A stretch of DNA of 64,000 nucleotides from Bifidobacterium sp. (GTDB lineage: Bacteria; Actinomycetota; Actinomycetes; Actinomycetales; Bifidobacteriaceae), in contig JALCNP010000006.1 of the NCBI GenBank assembly GCA_022649135.1, positions 31,379-95,378 of the forward strand. Reading direction: 5' to 3'. This document shows positions 49,680-59,154 of this stretch, piece after piece. The translations under genes and the position numbers were made by a program. Within the stretch, counting starts at the first letter, position 1. Every line of letters starts with the position of its first letter. The notes under the pieces were generated by a model, which worked only from the letters and a program-made list of their open reading frames with translations, had not been told where the DNA came from and did not search any database.

Positions 49680-50648
49680 CTACTCCTTCGAGAGGTCGCG
49701 CTCACTGCCGCCTGATCGCCCCGGACGTGGGGTCTTTCTCTTCACCACGGACATGAGCACGGCGATGAAGATGAGGGTGAAGCCCACCATGGAGGCCACG
49801 GTGAGGCCCTCTCCCCAGAAAAGCGCGGAAAACCCCACCGCGAAAAGACTTTCCGTGCACATGATGATGGACGCGCTGGATGCGGGAACATGGGCGAGTC
49901 CGATGTTCTGCATGATCTGGGCGAGCGTTGTGGCGCCGAACATGAGATAGAGGAAGCTGCCGACGACATCCGGTCTGAGCCATGACGCTGCGGGAGCCGG
50001 CTCGAAGAACAGCGCCGACAGCAGAAAAAGGACGGAGGCGACCAGAAACTGAAGAAAGGTCAGTGCTATGGGGTTCGTCCTCTGCGCATAGATTCCCAGG
50101 AAGATGAGGTTCACGGCGACCAGAACCGCACCGCCCAGCGTCAGCCAATCCCCCAGGGACAGCGACAGGGAGAGGGTACCCGGCTTGAGGGCCACGAAGC
50201 CCACTCCCACGAGACAGATGATGGCCGCGATGAAGTTGACGACCCGGGGCCGGTGCTTGAGAACGATCCATGCGGTCAAAGGCGTCAGCACGCAATACAC
50301 GGCGGTGAGAAAGGAGCTTCTCCCGGGGTCGATTGTCTGCAGGCCGACGGTCTGCAGCGCCATCATCGCGAAGTAGGTGCTTCCGACCACCAGCGCCGGG
50401 ACGATGCTGGAGCGATGAAACACGGCGACGATGGGCTTGCGGAACAGGGCGAGCATGATGAGGCAGGAGCCCGCCAGACGCAGGAACATGAGCCAGTATG
50501 GGGGGATGGATGTCAGTGCGATCTTGGCGAAAAGATAGCTGCCGCCCCACAGCGCGGCGCATCCCAACAGCATGATTCGGGCAAGGTTCGGCGGAAACGT
50601 CCGGGACATTCGACTCTGAAAGTTCTCAAACTTGCTGTAAGCACGCAT
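49680..50648 (-). CDS. DMT superfamily (EamA-like) transporter
   Basis: 322 aa with about 10 TM helices in two EamA-like halves. Confidence 0.82.
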   Translation of the reverse strand: MRAYSKFENFQSRMSRTFPPNLARIMLLGCAALWGGSYLFAKIALTSIPPYWLMFLRLAGSCLIMLALFRKPIVAVFHRSSIVPALVVGSTYFAMMALQTVGLQTIDPGRSSFLTAVYCVLTPLTAWIVLKHRPRVVNFIAAIICLVGVGFVALKPGTLSLSLSLGDWLTLGGAVLVAVNLIFLGIYAQRTNPIALTFLQFLVASVLFLLSALFFEPAPAASWLRPDVVGSFLYLMFGATTLAQIMQNIGLAHVPASSASIIMCTESLFAVGFSALFWGEGLTVASMVGFTLIFIAVLMSVVKRKTPRPGRSGGSERDLSKE

Positions 50649-50872
50649 ATTGGTTTATAGCCCTCTACATCCGCATTCTCTCGATCACCCTTACGATAGC
50701 CCCCGGACCGCCCCGAACACGCCCATGGTGTCGGTCGGACACGTCGGGCCCTTCCACGACGGCCCCGCCTCCCCATGGGTGAGGAAGGTCACACACCGTA
50801 TTTCTCCCGGCGCAATACCGCGGGGGGCTAATGCGCCTAAGCTGATAACTACACCAAAGAACATGCGAAAGG

Positions 50873-51286
50873 ATGCACATTATGGCAACACTCACGGCGG
50901 ATATGAAGACCTTCATCACCAACAACCTCGCGTGGATCACCACGGTCAGCAAGGACGGGCAGCTTGACCTCGGGCCGAAGATGTCCATGTTCGTGCTTGA
51001 CGACAATCACCTTGCCTACCATGAGCGCACTGCGGGGCAGCACTACCGCAATCTCAGCGACGGCAGCCCCCTGGTGGTCGCCTATGCGAATCTTGCGGAG
51101 AAGAAGGGCTACCGTTTCCGCGGCAACGTCGTGCTGCACAAGGACGACGACATCTACGATCAGCAGGTGAAGATCGCCGAGGAGAAGGGCACCAAGAAGC
51201 CGGCGGTCGTCCCCGTGCTCGAGATCACCGAGATTCAGGACCTTTCCGCCGGAGCGAAGGCCGGTTCGCTGATCAGCAAGGACTGA
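50873..51286 (+). CDS. pyridoxamine 5'-phosphate oxidase family (FMN-binding split-barrel) protein
   Basis: 137 aa. The N-terminal MKTFITNNLAWITTVSKDG pattern is typical of small PNPOx-like proteins. The ATG at 50882 (MATLTAD) is an alternative start. Confidence 0.7.
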   Translation: MHIMATLTADMKTFITNNLAWITTVSKDGQLDLGPKMSMFVLDDNHLAYHERTAGQHYRNLSDGSPLVVAYANLAEKKGYRFRGNVVLHKDDDIYDQQVKIAEEKGTKKPAVVPVLEITEIQDLSAGAKAGSLISKD

Positions 51287-51362
51287 TAGCCGCCCCATGC
51301 GCTGATGCGAACGGATGGTCTGACCCCGCCTGCATCGGGCAGGGCGCAGACGACGGGTTCGC

Positions 51363-51392
51363 GATGGCCCCCGCCTTTCGGTGGGGGCCATC
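51363..51392 (+). terminator. terminator hairpin after the PNPOx-like gene
   Basis: GATGGCCCCCGCC pairs with GGTGGGGGCCATC: a 13-bp stem with one G-U pair and a TTTC loop. No U-tract. Confidence 0.5.
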
Positions 51393-51494
51393 GCCGTTCA
51401 GCGGGCCGGCCGAAAGGGATCAGCACAACCGGAACGGATCGCCCCCTGCACACTAGAATGGTGGACGACCACGCGAAAGGAGATGCCCGCCACC

Positions 51495-52340
51495 ATGTGC
51501 AGACGTTTTGCCCTTGATCTCGACTGGGATGCGGTAGCGGACCAGTTCGGCGTCAGCATCGACGTCGCGGCCGCCGGGAACGACGAGGGAGGACGCCCCG
51601 CCATGGAACGCACTCGCGGCCCCTCCCCCGTGGCCGTGCACGGCGCGGCGCAGAGGCCGCGCGCAGACGCGAAGCGGACGGACCCTCGGCACACCGAAGG
51701 GCTGCCTTCCCTTTCGGCGCCGTTTTCGCCCCACGACACCATAGGCGTCATCACGCAGGACAGGGACGGCGTCAGAAGACTCCTGCCGTCCTACTGGTCG
51801 CTTCTGCCCCCGTGGGAGAAGAGCAGGCGTCTGCCCTACCCCACATACAACGCGCGCATCGAATCGATCGCATACAAGCCCTCATACCGCGAATCGACCC
51901 GACGGATGCGGGCGATCATCCCCTGCACGGGATACTTCGAATTCAAGGAGGGCCGACCCTTCTATTTCTTCGCTCCCGAACACCGGCTGCTGTCACTGGC
52001 CGGCCTGTACACCTGGTGGAGGCCCGAACCCACCGTGCACGCGACGCTGACGACGACCATCATCACCTGCCCTGCGATCGGCGGGCCCGCCGACGTGCAC
52101 GATAGGATGCCTCTTCTTGTGTCCCACGCACAGCGCGGGGACTGGCTCGATCCGAACGTGGATGGGGCCGATCTGCTTGCGTCCGTGCACGACGCGGCGA
52201 CACGGCTGTCGACGAGGCTGAGCTTTTATGAGACGGCGTCGCATCGCGGAGACCAGGAGGCGACGCCGCTGCCGCTTTCGGGCGGCACCGGAACTTCCCC
52301 CACCCGAACGTCACAGGCGCAGAACGCTTTTTTCGACTGA
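51495..52340 (+). CDS. SOS response-associated peptidase (SRAP/YedK, abasic-site DNA-protein crosslink enzyme)
   Basis: The start was chosen so that the catalytic Cys is residue 2 (MCRRF), with AAAGGAG upstream. It also has the conserved YNARIES and HDRMP motifs. The track start at 51381 lies inside the upstream terminator hairpin. Confidence 0.82.
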   Translation: MCRRFALDLDWDAVADQFGVSIDVAAAGNDEGGRPAMERTRGPSPVAVHGAAQRPRADAKRTDPRHTEGLPSLSAPFSPHDTIGVITQDRDGVRRLLPSYWSLLPPWEKSRRLPYPTYNARIESIAYKPSYRESTRRMRAIIPCTGYFEFKEGRPFYFFAPEHRLLSLAGLYTWWRPEPTVHATLTTTIITCPAIGGPADVHDRMPLLVSHAQRGDWLDPNVDGADLLASVHDAATRLSTRLSFYETASHRGDQEATPLPLSGGTGTSPTRTSQAQNAFFD

Positions 52341-52373
52341 ATCCGCTGTCGGACTCCTCTGCGGGCGATGGGG

Positions 52374-53750
52374 CTAGGGGTGCTCGACGTGGGCGAGCAC
52401 CACGCCGCCCTGGCTGATGTCGGCGACCGGACGGGGATCGAGTCGCAGATCGACATGCATCCGCTCCCCGCCATTGCCCATGACATCGTAGGAATAGCTG
52501 CGATTGTCCACCTTCGTGGGCTCGGTGCGCGCAGTGACCATCCAGGGGTTTCGTCGGCGTATGCCCAGAAGGTCACGGTACAGGGAGAGCATCCACCGAT
52601 CCCCTGCATGCAATTCCTCAGGACGATCCGGGAATTCGGGTCGAACCGCGTCGTCCCCGCCGATTCGATTCTCCTTGATGCCCGTCAGGGCAAACTCGTC
52701 ACCGTAGTAGATGATGGGAACGCCGCCAAGGCTGAACTCGATCACCGCGGCGAGCGCCGCGGCACGAGATCCCACCGTGCTTGCGATGCGCGTGACGTCA
52801 TGGTTCCCGATGAACGTGGCCGGAATGAAATCCGCCATGAAGCGGTTATGCCGTTTCAGACACCAGTCGAGCTCGTAGAAGTTACCGGCCTGAAGCGAGC
52901 TCCACACCGCCTTCCACAGCTCGTACTGCGTGAGGGAGTCCATGCCGGACCGGCCTATGATGTCCGGGTAGTCTCCGTGTATCACCTCGCCCATGAACCA
53001 GGTCTCGGGAAACTCATGCCGAACGCGGGGAAGCACCTGTGCCCAGAACTGCGGGGGCACCGCGTAGGCGGCGTCCAGACGCCAGGCGCTGACGCCCCGG
53101 GACAGCCAGTATCTCATCACATCGCCCACCATGCGAACGACCTCGGCGCTGTGGTGGTTGAGCTCGGGAAGCTCCTCATGCCCTTCGAAGACGGCGAAGC
53201 CGGACGAATCGTCGGGCCGGGCCGCGGTCCGGAACATATCCCTGCGCCGACCCGTTGTCATGGCCTCGCGAAATGCCGGGAAGTCGCGGCTGACGTGGTT
53301 GAACACGCCGTCGAGCATGACGCGGATCCCACGGCGTCGGCAGCCTTCCATCAGCGCGTCAAATGTCGCGTCATCCCCGAGACGGGGATCGATGCGATAA
53401 TAGTCGACCGTGTCGTATCCGTGTGTGCGGGACGCGAAGATCGGTCCCAGCATAAGCCCGTTCGCGCCCAACCCGATAAGATGGTCGAGCCAGTGGTCAA
53501 GCCGCCCGAGGCGTGGGGTCATGCCTCGTTCCTCCGGGGATCGGGGTCGTATGGGGGCCCCGGCGAATCCCAGTGGGTACACCTGCCACCATATCGCATG
53601 CTCGATCCACCGGGGAGGGCGGCGATGATTCGGATCCGCGATCGTCCCCTCTGACTCCAGGGCGCATGTGCGTGCACGCGCGCCGGATTCGTCTGCGACG
53701 CCCCCGGATTCGTCGGCCCCCTCCGCCGATGCGACGGTCTCACTGCTCAT
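52374..53750 (-). CDS. GH13 alpha-amylase family glycoside hydrolase (alpha-glucosidase/maltodextrinase-like)
   Basis: All four GH13 regions are present: DGVFNH, AWRLDAA, GEVIH and FIGNHD. I trimmed to the ATG at 53750, because the track extension runs antisense through the upstream phosphatase gene. Confidence 0.88.
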   Translation of the reverse strand: MSSETVASAEGADESGGVADESGARARTCALESEGTIADPNHRRPPRWIEHAIWWQVYPLGFAGAPIRPRSPEERGMTPRLGRLDHWLDHLIGLGANGLMLGPIFASRTHGYDTVDYYRIDPRLGDDATFDALMEGCRRRGIRVMLDGVFNHVSRDFPAFREAMTTGRRRDMFRTAARPDDSSGFAVFEGHEELPELNHHSAEVVRMVGDVMRYWLSRGVSAWRLDAAYAVPPQFWAQVLPRVRHEFPETWFMGEVIHGDYPDIIGRSGMDSLTQYELWKAVWSSLQAGNFYELDWCLKRHNRFMADFIPATFIGNHDVTRIASTVGSRAAALAAVIEFSLGGVPIIYYGDEFALTGIKENRIGGDDAVRPEFPDRPEELHAGDRWMLSLYRDLLGIRRRNPWMVTARTEPTKVDNRSYSYDVMGNGGERMHVDLRLDPRPVADISQGGVVLAHVEHP

Positions 53751-54498
53751 GATTCGGATGCTCCCAGTGGGCGTCGTCCGCAGCAGCGGGACCGTGGTTG
53801 TAGTCGACGAGACGCCATCTCGCGAGACCAACCGGCATGTCGAGGGGAACGAGACGCGTCCAGTGGGCGTTGCGCATGGATACCAGCGCGGAAAAGTCGC
53901 CCATGGGGTCAAGCCCCAGCATGGTCTGCAGCGTTTCACTGATCCATGCCCCATGGGAGAAGACGAAAAGATTCGTATCGTCGGTGGCCCTGCGGCTCCA
54001 CTCATTGATGGCCTCGGTGCCGCGCTCCCCCACATGGCTCTTGGGCTCGGCCCCATGACGAAGCTCGCCTCCGGTGAACTCCCTCCACGAACGGAAATCC
54101 CGGGGGTAGTCGCGGCGTAGCTCATCGCCGGTCTTTCCCTCCCATTCGCCGAAATTCCTCTCCCTGAGACGGCTGTCGGGGTGAACGTCGACGCCGATGG
54201 CATCGGCGAAGGCATGCGCCGTCTCCTGTGCCCTGCCGAGATCCGAGCAGAGCACAAGCTGATGGGCGGCCTTCATCCTCCCCGTGCAGTACAGATCGAT
54301 CAACGCCTCGGCCGTATGCTTCACCTGCCAGCGCCCCACGTCGTCGAGGGGGATGTCGATCTGCCCCTGCAGACGCCCCTGGGCGTTGTAGGAGGTCCGT
54401 CCATGCCGGACCATGATCAGCGAACGCACATGGCGCAGTCCGGAGGTGTCGGCCATGGTGATGGTGTCGACGGTTTGCGTGTCAGTGGAACTCGTCAT
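53740..54498 (-). CDS. histidine phosphatase family protein (second paralog)
   Basis: Contains MVRHGRTSYN and SHGAW. Its stop overlaps the GH13 start by 11 nt. Confidence 0.85.
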   Translation of the reverse strand: MTSSTDTQTVDTITMADTSGLRHVRSLIMVRHGRTSYNAQGRLQGQIDIPLDDVGRWQVKHTAEALIDLYCTGRMKAAHQLVLCSDLGRAQETAHAFADAIGVDVHPDSRLRERNFGEWEGKTGDELRRDYPRDFRSWREFTGGELRHGAEPKSHVGERGTEAINEWSRRATDDTNLFVFSHGAWISETLQTMLGLDPMGDFSALVSMRNAHWTRLVPLDMPVGLARWRLVDYNHGPAAADDAHWEHPNHEQ

Positions 54499-54550
54499 AC
54501 GGACCTCCTGCCGGTATGTCTGCGGTATGGGACGCGAAGTCCCGTCGGCT

Positions 54551-54973
54551 CTACTCCTGCGGGACGGCCCCCTCGCCCGAAGCCCCCATGGAATCCGACG
54601 CGGACGTGTCTCCCAGCTGAAGATCTATGACCGGGCAATCCTTCCACAGCCTTTCCAGACCATAATAGTCGTGGGCCCTCTCATGCATGATGTGAACGAC
54701 GAAATCACCATAGTCGAGCAGCACCCACTGCCCTTCGGAGACCCCCTCGCGTGATCTCGGTTCACGATGCCCATCGTGAAGATACAGGTCCTTCTCTATC
54801 TCCTCGGCAATCGCCAGAACCTGACGTTCGTTGGAGCCGACGGCGACCATCATGATGTCGGTTATCGCGACGGGGACGGTCACGTCGAAGGCGACCATGT
54901 CGGTCGCCTTGACACGGGAGGCCGCGTGCGCCGCGATGCGGACGGAATCGATGGAACTCTTCAGTGCGACCAT
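54551..54973 (-). CDS. rsfS: ribosome silencing factor
   Basis: RsfS core DIMMVAVGSNERQVLAIAEEI...WVLLDYGDFVVHIM. I trimmed to the ATG at 54973, just after the glmU stop. Confidence 0.88.
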   Translation of the reverse strand: MVALKSSIDSVRIAAHAASRVKATDMVAFDVTVPVAITDIMMVAVGSNERQVLAIAEEIEKDLYLHDGHREPRSREGVSEGQWVLLDYGDFVVHIMHERAHDYYGLERLWKDCPVIDLQLGDTSASDSMGASGEGAVPQE

Positions 54974-54977
54974 GCGT

Positions 54978-56369
54978 TCAGCGCTCCCATGCGGGCTTCC
55001 ACCCCTTGACGACATGCTGGTCGTTGTCGGAGTAGACCATCGAGTCATCGGGAACCTCATGGCGGACGACGGAGCCCGCCCCCGTGGTGACGTTGTCCCC
55101 GACCTCGACGGGCGCCACGAACAGGTTCCCGGCGCCGACATGCACATTCGAACCGATCGACGTATGGTTCTTATGGACGCCGTCGTAGTTGGCCGTGATG
55201 GTTCCACCTCCGATGTTGGTGTGTTCCCCCAGGTCGGCGTCCCCGACATAGCTCAGGTGAGGCACCTTCGTGTGATCTCCGATGTGCGCCTTCTTCATCT
55301 CGACGAAGGCGCCCGCCTTGGACTGCCTCCCCAGCTCGTTTCCGGGACGCAGATACGTCCACGGACCGATGGCGGCCCCCTCACCGATGTGGGAGCCCTG
55401 GACACGCGAGCGTTCGACCGTCGCGTCCGCATCGACGACCGCATCGATCAAAGTCGTGTACGGGCCGACGACCGCGCCCGGCGCGACCACGGTCCGACCC
55501 TGCAGGAAGGATCCCGGAAGGACGGTCACGTCGTGTGCGAGAACGACATCGTCCTCTATCCAGGTCGTCTGCGGGTCGAGAATCGTCACGCCCTCGCGCA
55601 TCCAATGCTCGCATACGCGCAGATTATGCTGTTTGCTCAGGGCGGCGAACTGAACGCGGTCGTTCACGCCCTGCACGCACAACGGATCGCTTGCCGTGAA
55701 GGCGCCGACCCTGCCGGATTTCCGAGCGCTTTCCAAAGCATCGGTGAGATAGAATTCGCCCTGCGCGTTCTTGGCGTCAAGACCGGCGATGGAACGCGCA
55801 AGGGCATCGGCCTCAAAGGCGTAGACCGATGTGTTGACCTCGTGCACGGCAAGCTCGCTGCTGTTCGCATCCTTCTGTTCCACAATGCGCAGAACGTCTC
55901 CCGAGCTGTCCCGGATGATCCTGCCGTATCCGGTCGGATCATCGAGCAGGGCGGTGAGCACCGTGGCATCGTCGCCACTGTCCTCATGGAAGCGAAGAAG
56001 GTCGCGCAACGTGGCGTCATCGAGCAGGGGCATGTCGCTGGCCACGATCAGCACCGTGCCGGAAAGCCGGCCGGACTCGCCGATGCCGCTCATCGCGCAC
56101 TGCACGGCGCGGCCCGTTCCCGGAATGTCGTCCTGCCGGACGATCGTGACACGATCGTCGTAGGACCGGGCGGCCTGAGCCACCCTGTCCGCCTGATGGC
56201 GCACGACCACGCTCAGGATGCCGGGATGAAGGCCTTCCACGCAGGCCATGACCCGCCGAAGAAAGGTCTTCCCCGCGAAATCCTGAAGCACCTTCGGTAT
56301 CGAGGAACGCATCCGGGTGCCTTCCCCTGCAGCCAAAACGATTGCGGCGGACAATGCCATAACGGTCAC
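54978..56369 (-). CDS. glmU: bifunctional UDP-N-acetylglucosamine pyrophosphorylase / glucosamine-1-phosphate N-acetyltransferase
   Basis: Contains LAAGEGTRM and has left-handed beta-helix hexapeptide repeats in the C-terminal half. 463 aa. Confidence 0.95.
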   Translation of the reverse strand: MTVMALSAAIVLAAGEGTRMRSSIPKVLQDFAGKTFLRRVMACVEGLHPGILSVVVRHQADRVAQAARSYDDRVTIVRQDDIPGTGRAVQCAMSGIGESGRLSGTVLIVASDMPLLDDATLRDLLRFHEDSGDDATVLTALLDDPTGYGRIIRDSSGDVLRIVEQKDANSSELAVHEVNTSVYAFEADALARSIAGLDAKNAQGEFYLTDALESARKSGRVGAFTASDPLCVQGVNDRVQFAALSKQHNLRVCEHWMREGVTILDPQTTWIEDDVVLAHDVTVLPGSFLQGRTVVAPGAVVGPYTTLIDAVVDADATVERSRVQGSHIGEGAAIGPWTYLRPGNELGRQSKAGAFVEMKKAHIGDHTKVPHLSYVGDADLGEHTNIGGGTITANYDGVHKNHTSIGSNVHVGAGNLFVAPVEVGDNVTTGAGSVVRHEVPDDSMVYSDNDQHVVKGWKPAWER

Positions 56370-56476
56370 ATCTCCAATTCTTGACTTCGCCTGTAGGTCC
56401 GCACGGTGAGCCCATGCGGCAAGGCGCGTGTCCGATCACCGCGCCAGACGCAGACCGGGCACGGCACCACGACACG

Positions 56477-56547
56477 TTCCCCCATCTGGATTCGAACCAA
56501 AACTAAGGGTTCCAAAGACCCGTGTGCTGCCATTACACCATGGGGGA
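56477..56547 (-). tRNA. tRNA-Gln (TTG)
   Basis: The reverse complement TCCCCCATGGTGTAATGGCAGCACACGGGTCTTTGGAACCCTTAGTTTTGGTTCGAATCCAGATGGGGGAA folds with a U1:A72 acceptor, anticodon loop CTTTGGA and a TTCGAAT T-loop. There is one C-U mismatch at the top of the anticodon stem. Confidence 0.85.
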
Positions 56548-56703
56548 TCGGCGGAACGGATCCCGCCAAATGTTCATTATGCCATACCATGCGTTTTCGT
56601 CAAACGCCTCAGCGGGTTTCGCCCCATTCGAGCGGGTTTCGGCTTCGGGTTCGGGAGGGGGCCCGCCACGGGTCCACCTCCGCCCGCCTCCCGCAGAGCG
56701 GCA

Positions 56704-57723
56704 CTAGGCGAAGAGGAAGCCCTGCCCATGATGTTCGGGATACGTGTCGAAAAGCTCGGCGACGGACCCGTCCTCGAAGACGGCTCGGATGGCGCTGGCC
56801 AGAAGCGGCGCGATCGACAGCACGGTCAGACCGTCCCAGCGTTTCTCGGCGCTGATGGGAACGGTGTCGGTGAGCACGATCTCCCGTGCCCCGCAGTGCT
56901 TGAGCCGCTCCACCGCAGGCCCGGACAGCACGCCGTGGGTCGCCACGACGGTGACGGACCGCGCGCCGGCCTCCTTGAGGACCTTGCAGGCACCCGTGAT
57001 GGTTCCCGCGGTGTCGATGAGATCGTCGACAAGCACGCAGTCCTTGCCGTTCACATCGCCGACCACGCGATTGGCGACGGCCTGGTTCGGGCGTGTTATG
57101 TCACGAGTCTTATGAACGAAGGCGAGGGGCCCCCCACCAAGACGCTGGGCCCACTGCTCCGCGACGCGAATCCTTCCCGCATCCGGGGAGACGACGGCCA
57201 CGTTGTCAAGCTTGTTGACAAAACGGTCGCGTATGTAGTCGACCAGCACGGGCATGGCTATGAGATGGTCGACGGGACCGTCGAAGAAACCCTGCGACTG
57301 CGCCGCGTGCAGGTCGACGCTCATGATGCGGTCCGCCCCGGCGGTTTTGAGAAGGTCGAACACCAGACGGCAGGAGATGGGCTCCCTGCCCCGATGCTTC
57401 TTGTCCTGGCGCGAATAGCCCAGCAGGGGGCATACCGCGGTTATGGATCTCGCCGAAGCGCGTTTCAGCGCGTCGATCATGATGAGCTGCTCCATAATCG
57501 ATTTGTTGACGGGATCGGCATGCGTCTGCAGCACGAAGACATCGGCCCCGCGAACGGACTGCGTGTACCGGACGTACATCTCCCCATTCGCAAAATCGTA
57601 TGCCGTGGTTTCCAACACGTCGATGCCGAGCTGCTTCGCGACATCGGCCGCCAGCTTGGGGTGTGCCCTGCCGGTGACGAGAATGAGACTCTTATCGGAC
57701 TTTCCCTTGAGGATTGCGCTCAC
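56704..57723 (-). CDS. prs: ribose-phosphate pyrophosphokinase
   Basis: Contains DLHAAQSQGFF and the PRPP-binding loop VLVDDLIDTAGT. I propose the GTG at 57723, preceded by GGAGAT. The track start at 57831 would overlap nadD by 20 nt. Confidence 0.9.
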   Translation of the reverse strand: MSAILKGKSDKSLILVTGRAHPKLAADVAKQLGIDVLETTAYDFANGEMYVRYTQSVRGADVFVLQTHADPVNKSIMEQLIMIDALKRASARSITAVCPLLGYSRQDKKHRGREPISCRLVFDLLKTAGADRIMSVDLHAAQSQGFFDGPVDHLIAMPVLVDYIRDRFVNKLDNVAVVSPDAGRIRVAEQWAQRLGGGPLAFVHKTRDITRPNQAVANRVVGDVNGKDCVLVDDLIDTAGTITGACKVLKEAGARSVTVVATHGVLSGPAVERLKHCGAREIVLTDTVPISAEKRWDGLTVLSIAPLLASAIRAVFEDGSVAELFDTYPEHHGQGFLFA

Positions 57724-57811
57724 CGTATCTCCAAACGTTGTTCGCTGAAGTGGACCTGACCCATGATAATCCGCCGCGGCGACCTCGCGACACCACGGGG
57801 ATCGCGCCGGT

Positions 57812-58561
57812 TCACCTCCCATACAACCCATGTTTACCGATATATTGAACCACTCCGTCCGGAACCAGGTACCATACCGGTTCGCGGTGCGCCGCCCTGC
57901 GCCGCACGTCTGTGGAGGAGATCGCCAGAGCGGGGATCTCCAACGTGTCGACCTTGCCCTTGGGCAGATGGAACCCGGAGGGACTGGAGTAGCCCGGCCT
58001 CGTCACCGCGACGAAATGCGCGAGATCCAGCATCCTGCGGGCGTCCTTCCACTGCATGATCTCCGCCACGGCGTCCGCCCCGGTGATGAAGAACAGCTCC
58101 GCATGGGGGTATTGGGCGCGGATGTCACGCAACGTGTCGATGGTGTAGGTGGCGCCGGGGCGGTCGATGTCCACTCGGGACACCGTGAACTTCGGATTCG
58201 ATGCGGTGGCTATCACCGTCATCAGATACCGGTCCTCCTCGTTGGTTATCTTCTGGTTGAGCTTGAACACGGGACGCCCCGTGGGGACGAATATGACCTC
58301 GTCCAGGTCATAGACCCAGGCCACCTCGGACGCCGCCACCAGATGCCCGTTGTGAATCGGGTCGAAGGTGCCGCCCATGATGCCTATCCGCGGGCGCGTA
58401 TGCCAGTTGCCGCGGGTGGAGCGTCTCAATGCGCTCGGATCGCGCACCCCCTGCGTCGCGCTGAGTTCGGACATCTTGCGTTCTCCGTCCGCATCGGGGG
58501 CGCAATCGGGCATCCGCACGCCCTGGGGGGCGGATGCCGGCTCGTTGCGTGCAGCGCTCAC
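57812..58561 (-). CDS. nadD: nicotinate-nucleotide adenylyltransferase
   Basis: Contains [12 protein letters not shown]. The GTG start at 58561 overlaps the upstream stop (GTGA). The N-terminal ~55 aa are low-complexity, so a later start is possible. Confidence 0.88.
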   Translation of the reverse strand: MSAARNEPASAPQGVRMPDCAPDADGERKMSELSATQGVRDPSALRRSTRGNWHTRPRIGIMGGTFDPIHNGHLVAASEVAWVYDLDEVIFVPTGRPVFKLNQKITNEEDRYLMTVIATASNPKFTVSRVDIDRPGATYTIDTLRDIRAQYPHAELFFITGADAVAEIMQWKDARRMLDLAHFVAVTRPGYSSPSGFHLPKGKVDTLEIPALAISSTDVRRRAAHREPVWYLVPDGVVQYIGKHGLYGR

Positions 58562-59154
58562 GACGACGCCTCGCCCGAAGGATGGCCTTCGGCCCGAACG
58601 GAGACCGCATCCTGCTCGGACTCCTCCGCATCATCGCGCCGGATGTCGTCCTCGAGCTCCTGCTCGCTGGGCTCGGGCTCCTGGGGGTCTATCTTCCCCA
58701 TGTCCTCGTCCCACTCCTCCTGGACCACCCGTCGTATCTCGGCGAAGGTGGGGAGGAGGAAGTCCGGCTGGTACAGGCGACGGATCTCCGCGACGCGCCC
58801 GGTGATGCGGATCAGCGTGTCGGTCATGCCATCCACGTCGCCCTTGCGCTCCATCTCGACGAACGATGAAATGTAGCTCTCCATCGCGCCTATGTGCTCC
58901 GAGACGGCCTCCAGCTCCTGCGCGTCCAGAGCGTGGATCTCCCGGGAGTCGACGTCGGGCCAGCCGATCAGCACGGCATCGGCGTACTCCAGGGAGGCGC
59001 GCTCCGCCGCCGTGGCGATTCCGTCCTCGATCTGGACGAGAAACACGTAGCGCACGGTGCTCAGCCTTTCGGAGGCCACAACCAGACTGCACGTGCCGTC
59101 ATCGGGCCGCCCGTCCCCGTCGTCGCCTTGCACTGTCGATATTATACCGCTCAT
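58558..59154 (-). CDS. hypothetical acidic protein, no family recognised
   Basis: 198 aa with a strongly acidic C-terminus ([24 protein letters not shown]). The ATG at 59154 overlaps the proA stop (ATGA), and its own stop overlaps the nadD start. Confidence 0.6.
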   Translation of the reverse strand: MSGIISTVQGDDGDGRPDDGTCSLVVASERLSTVRYVFLVQIEDGIATAAERASLEYADAVLIGWPDVDSREIHALDAQELEAVSEHIGAMESYISSFVEMERKGDVDGMTDTLIRITGRVAEIRRLYQPDFLLPTFAEIRRVVQEEWDEDMGKIDPQEPEPSEQELEDDIRRDDAEESEQDAVSVRAEGHPSGEASS

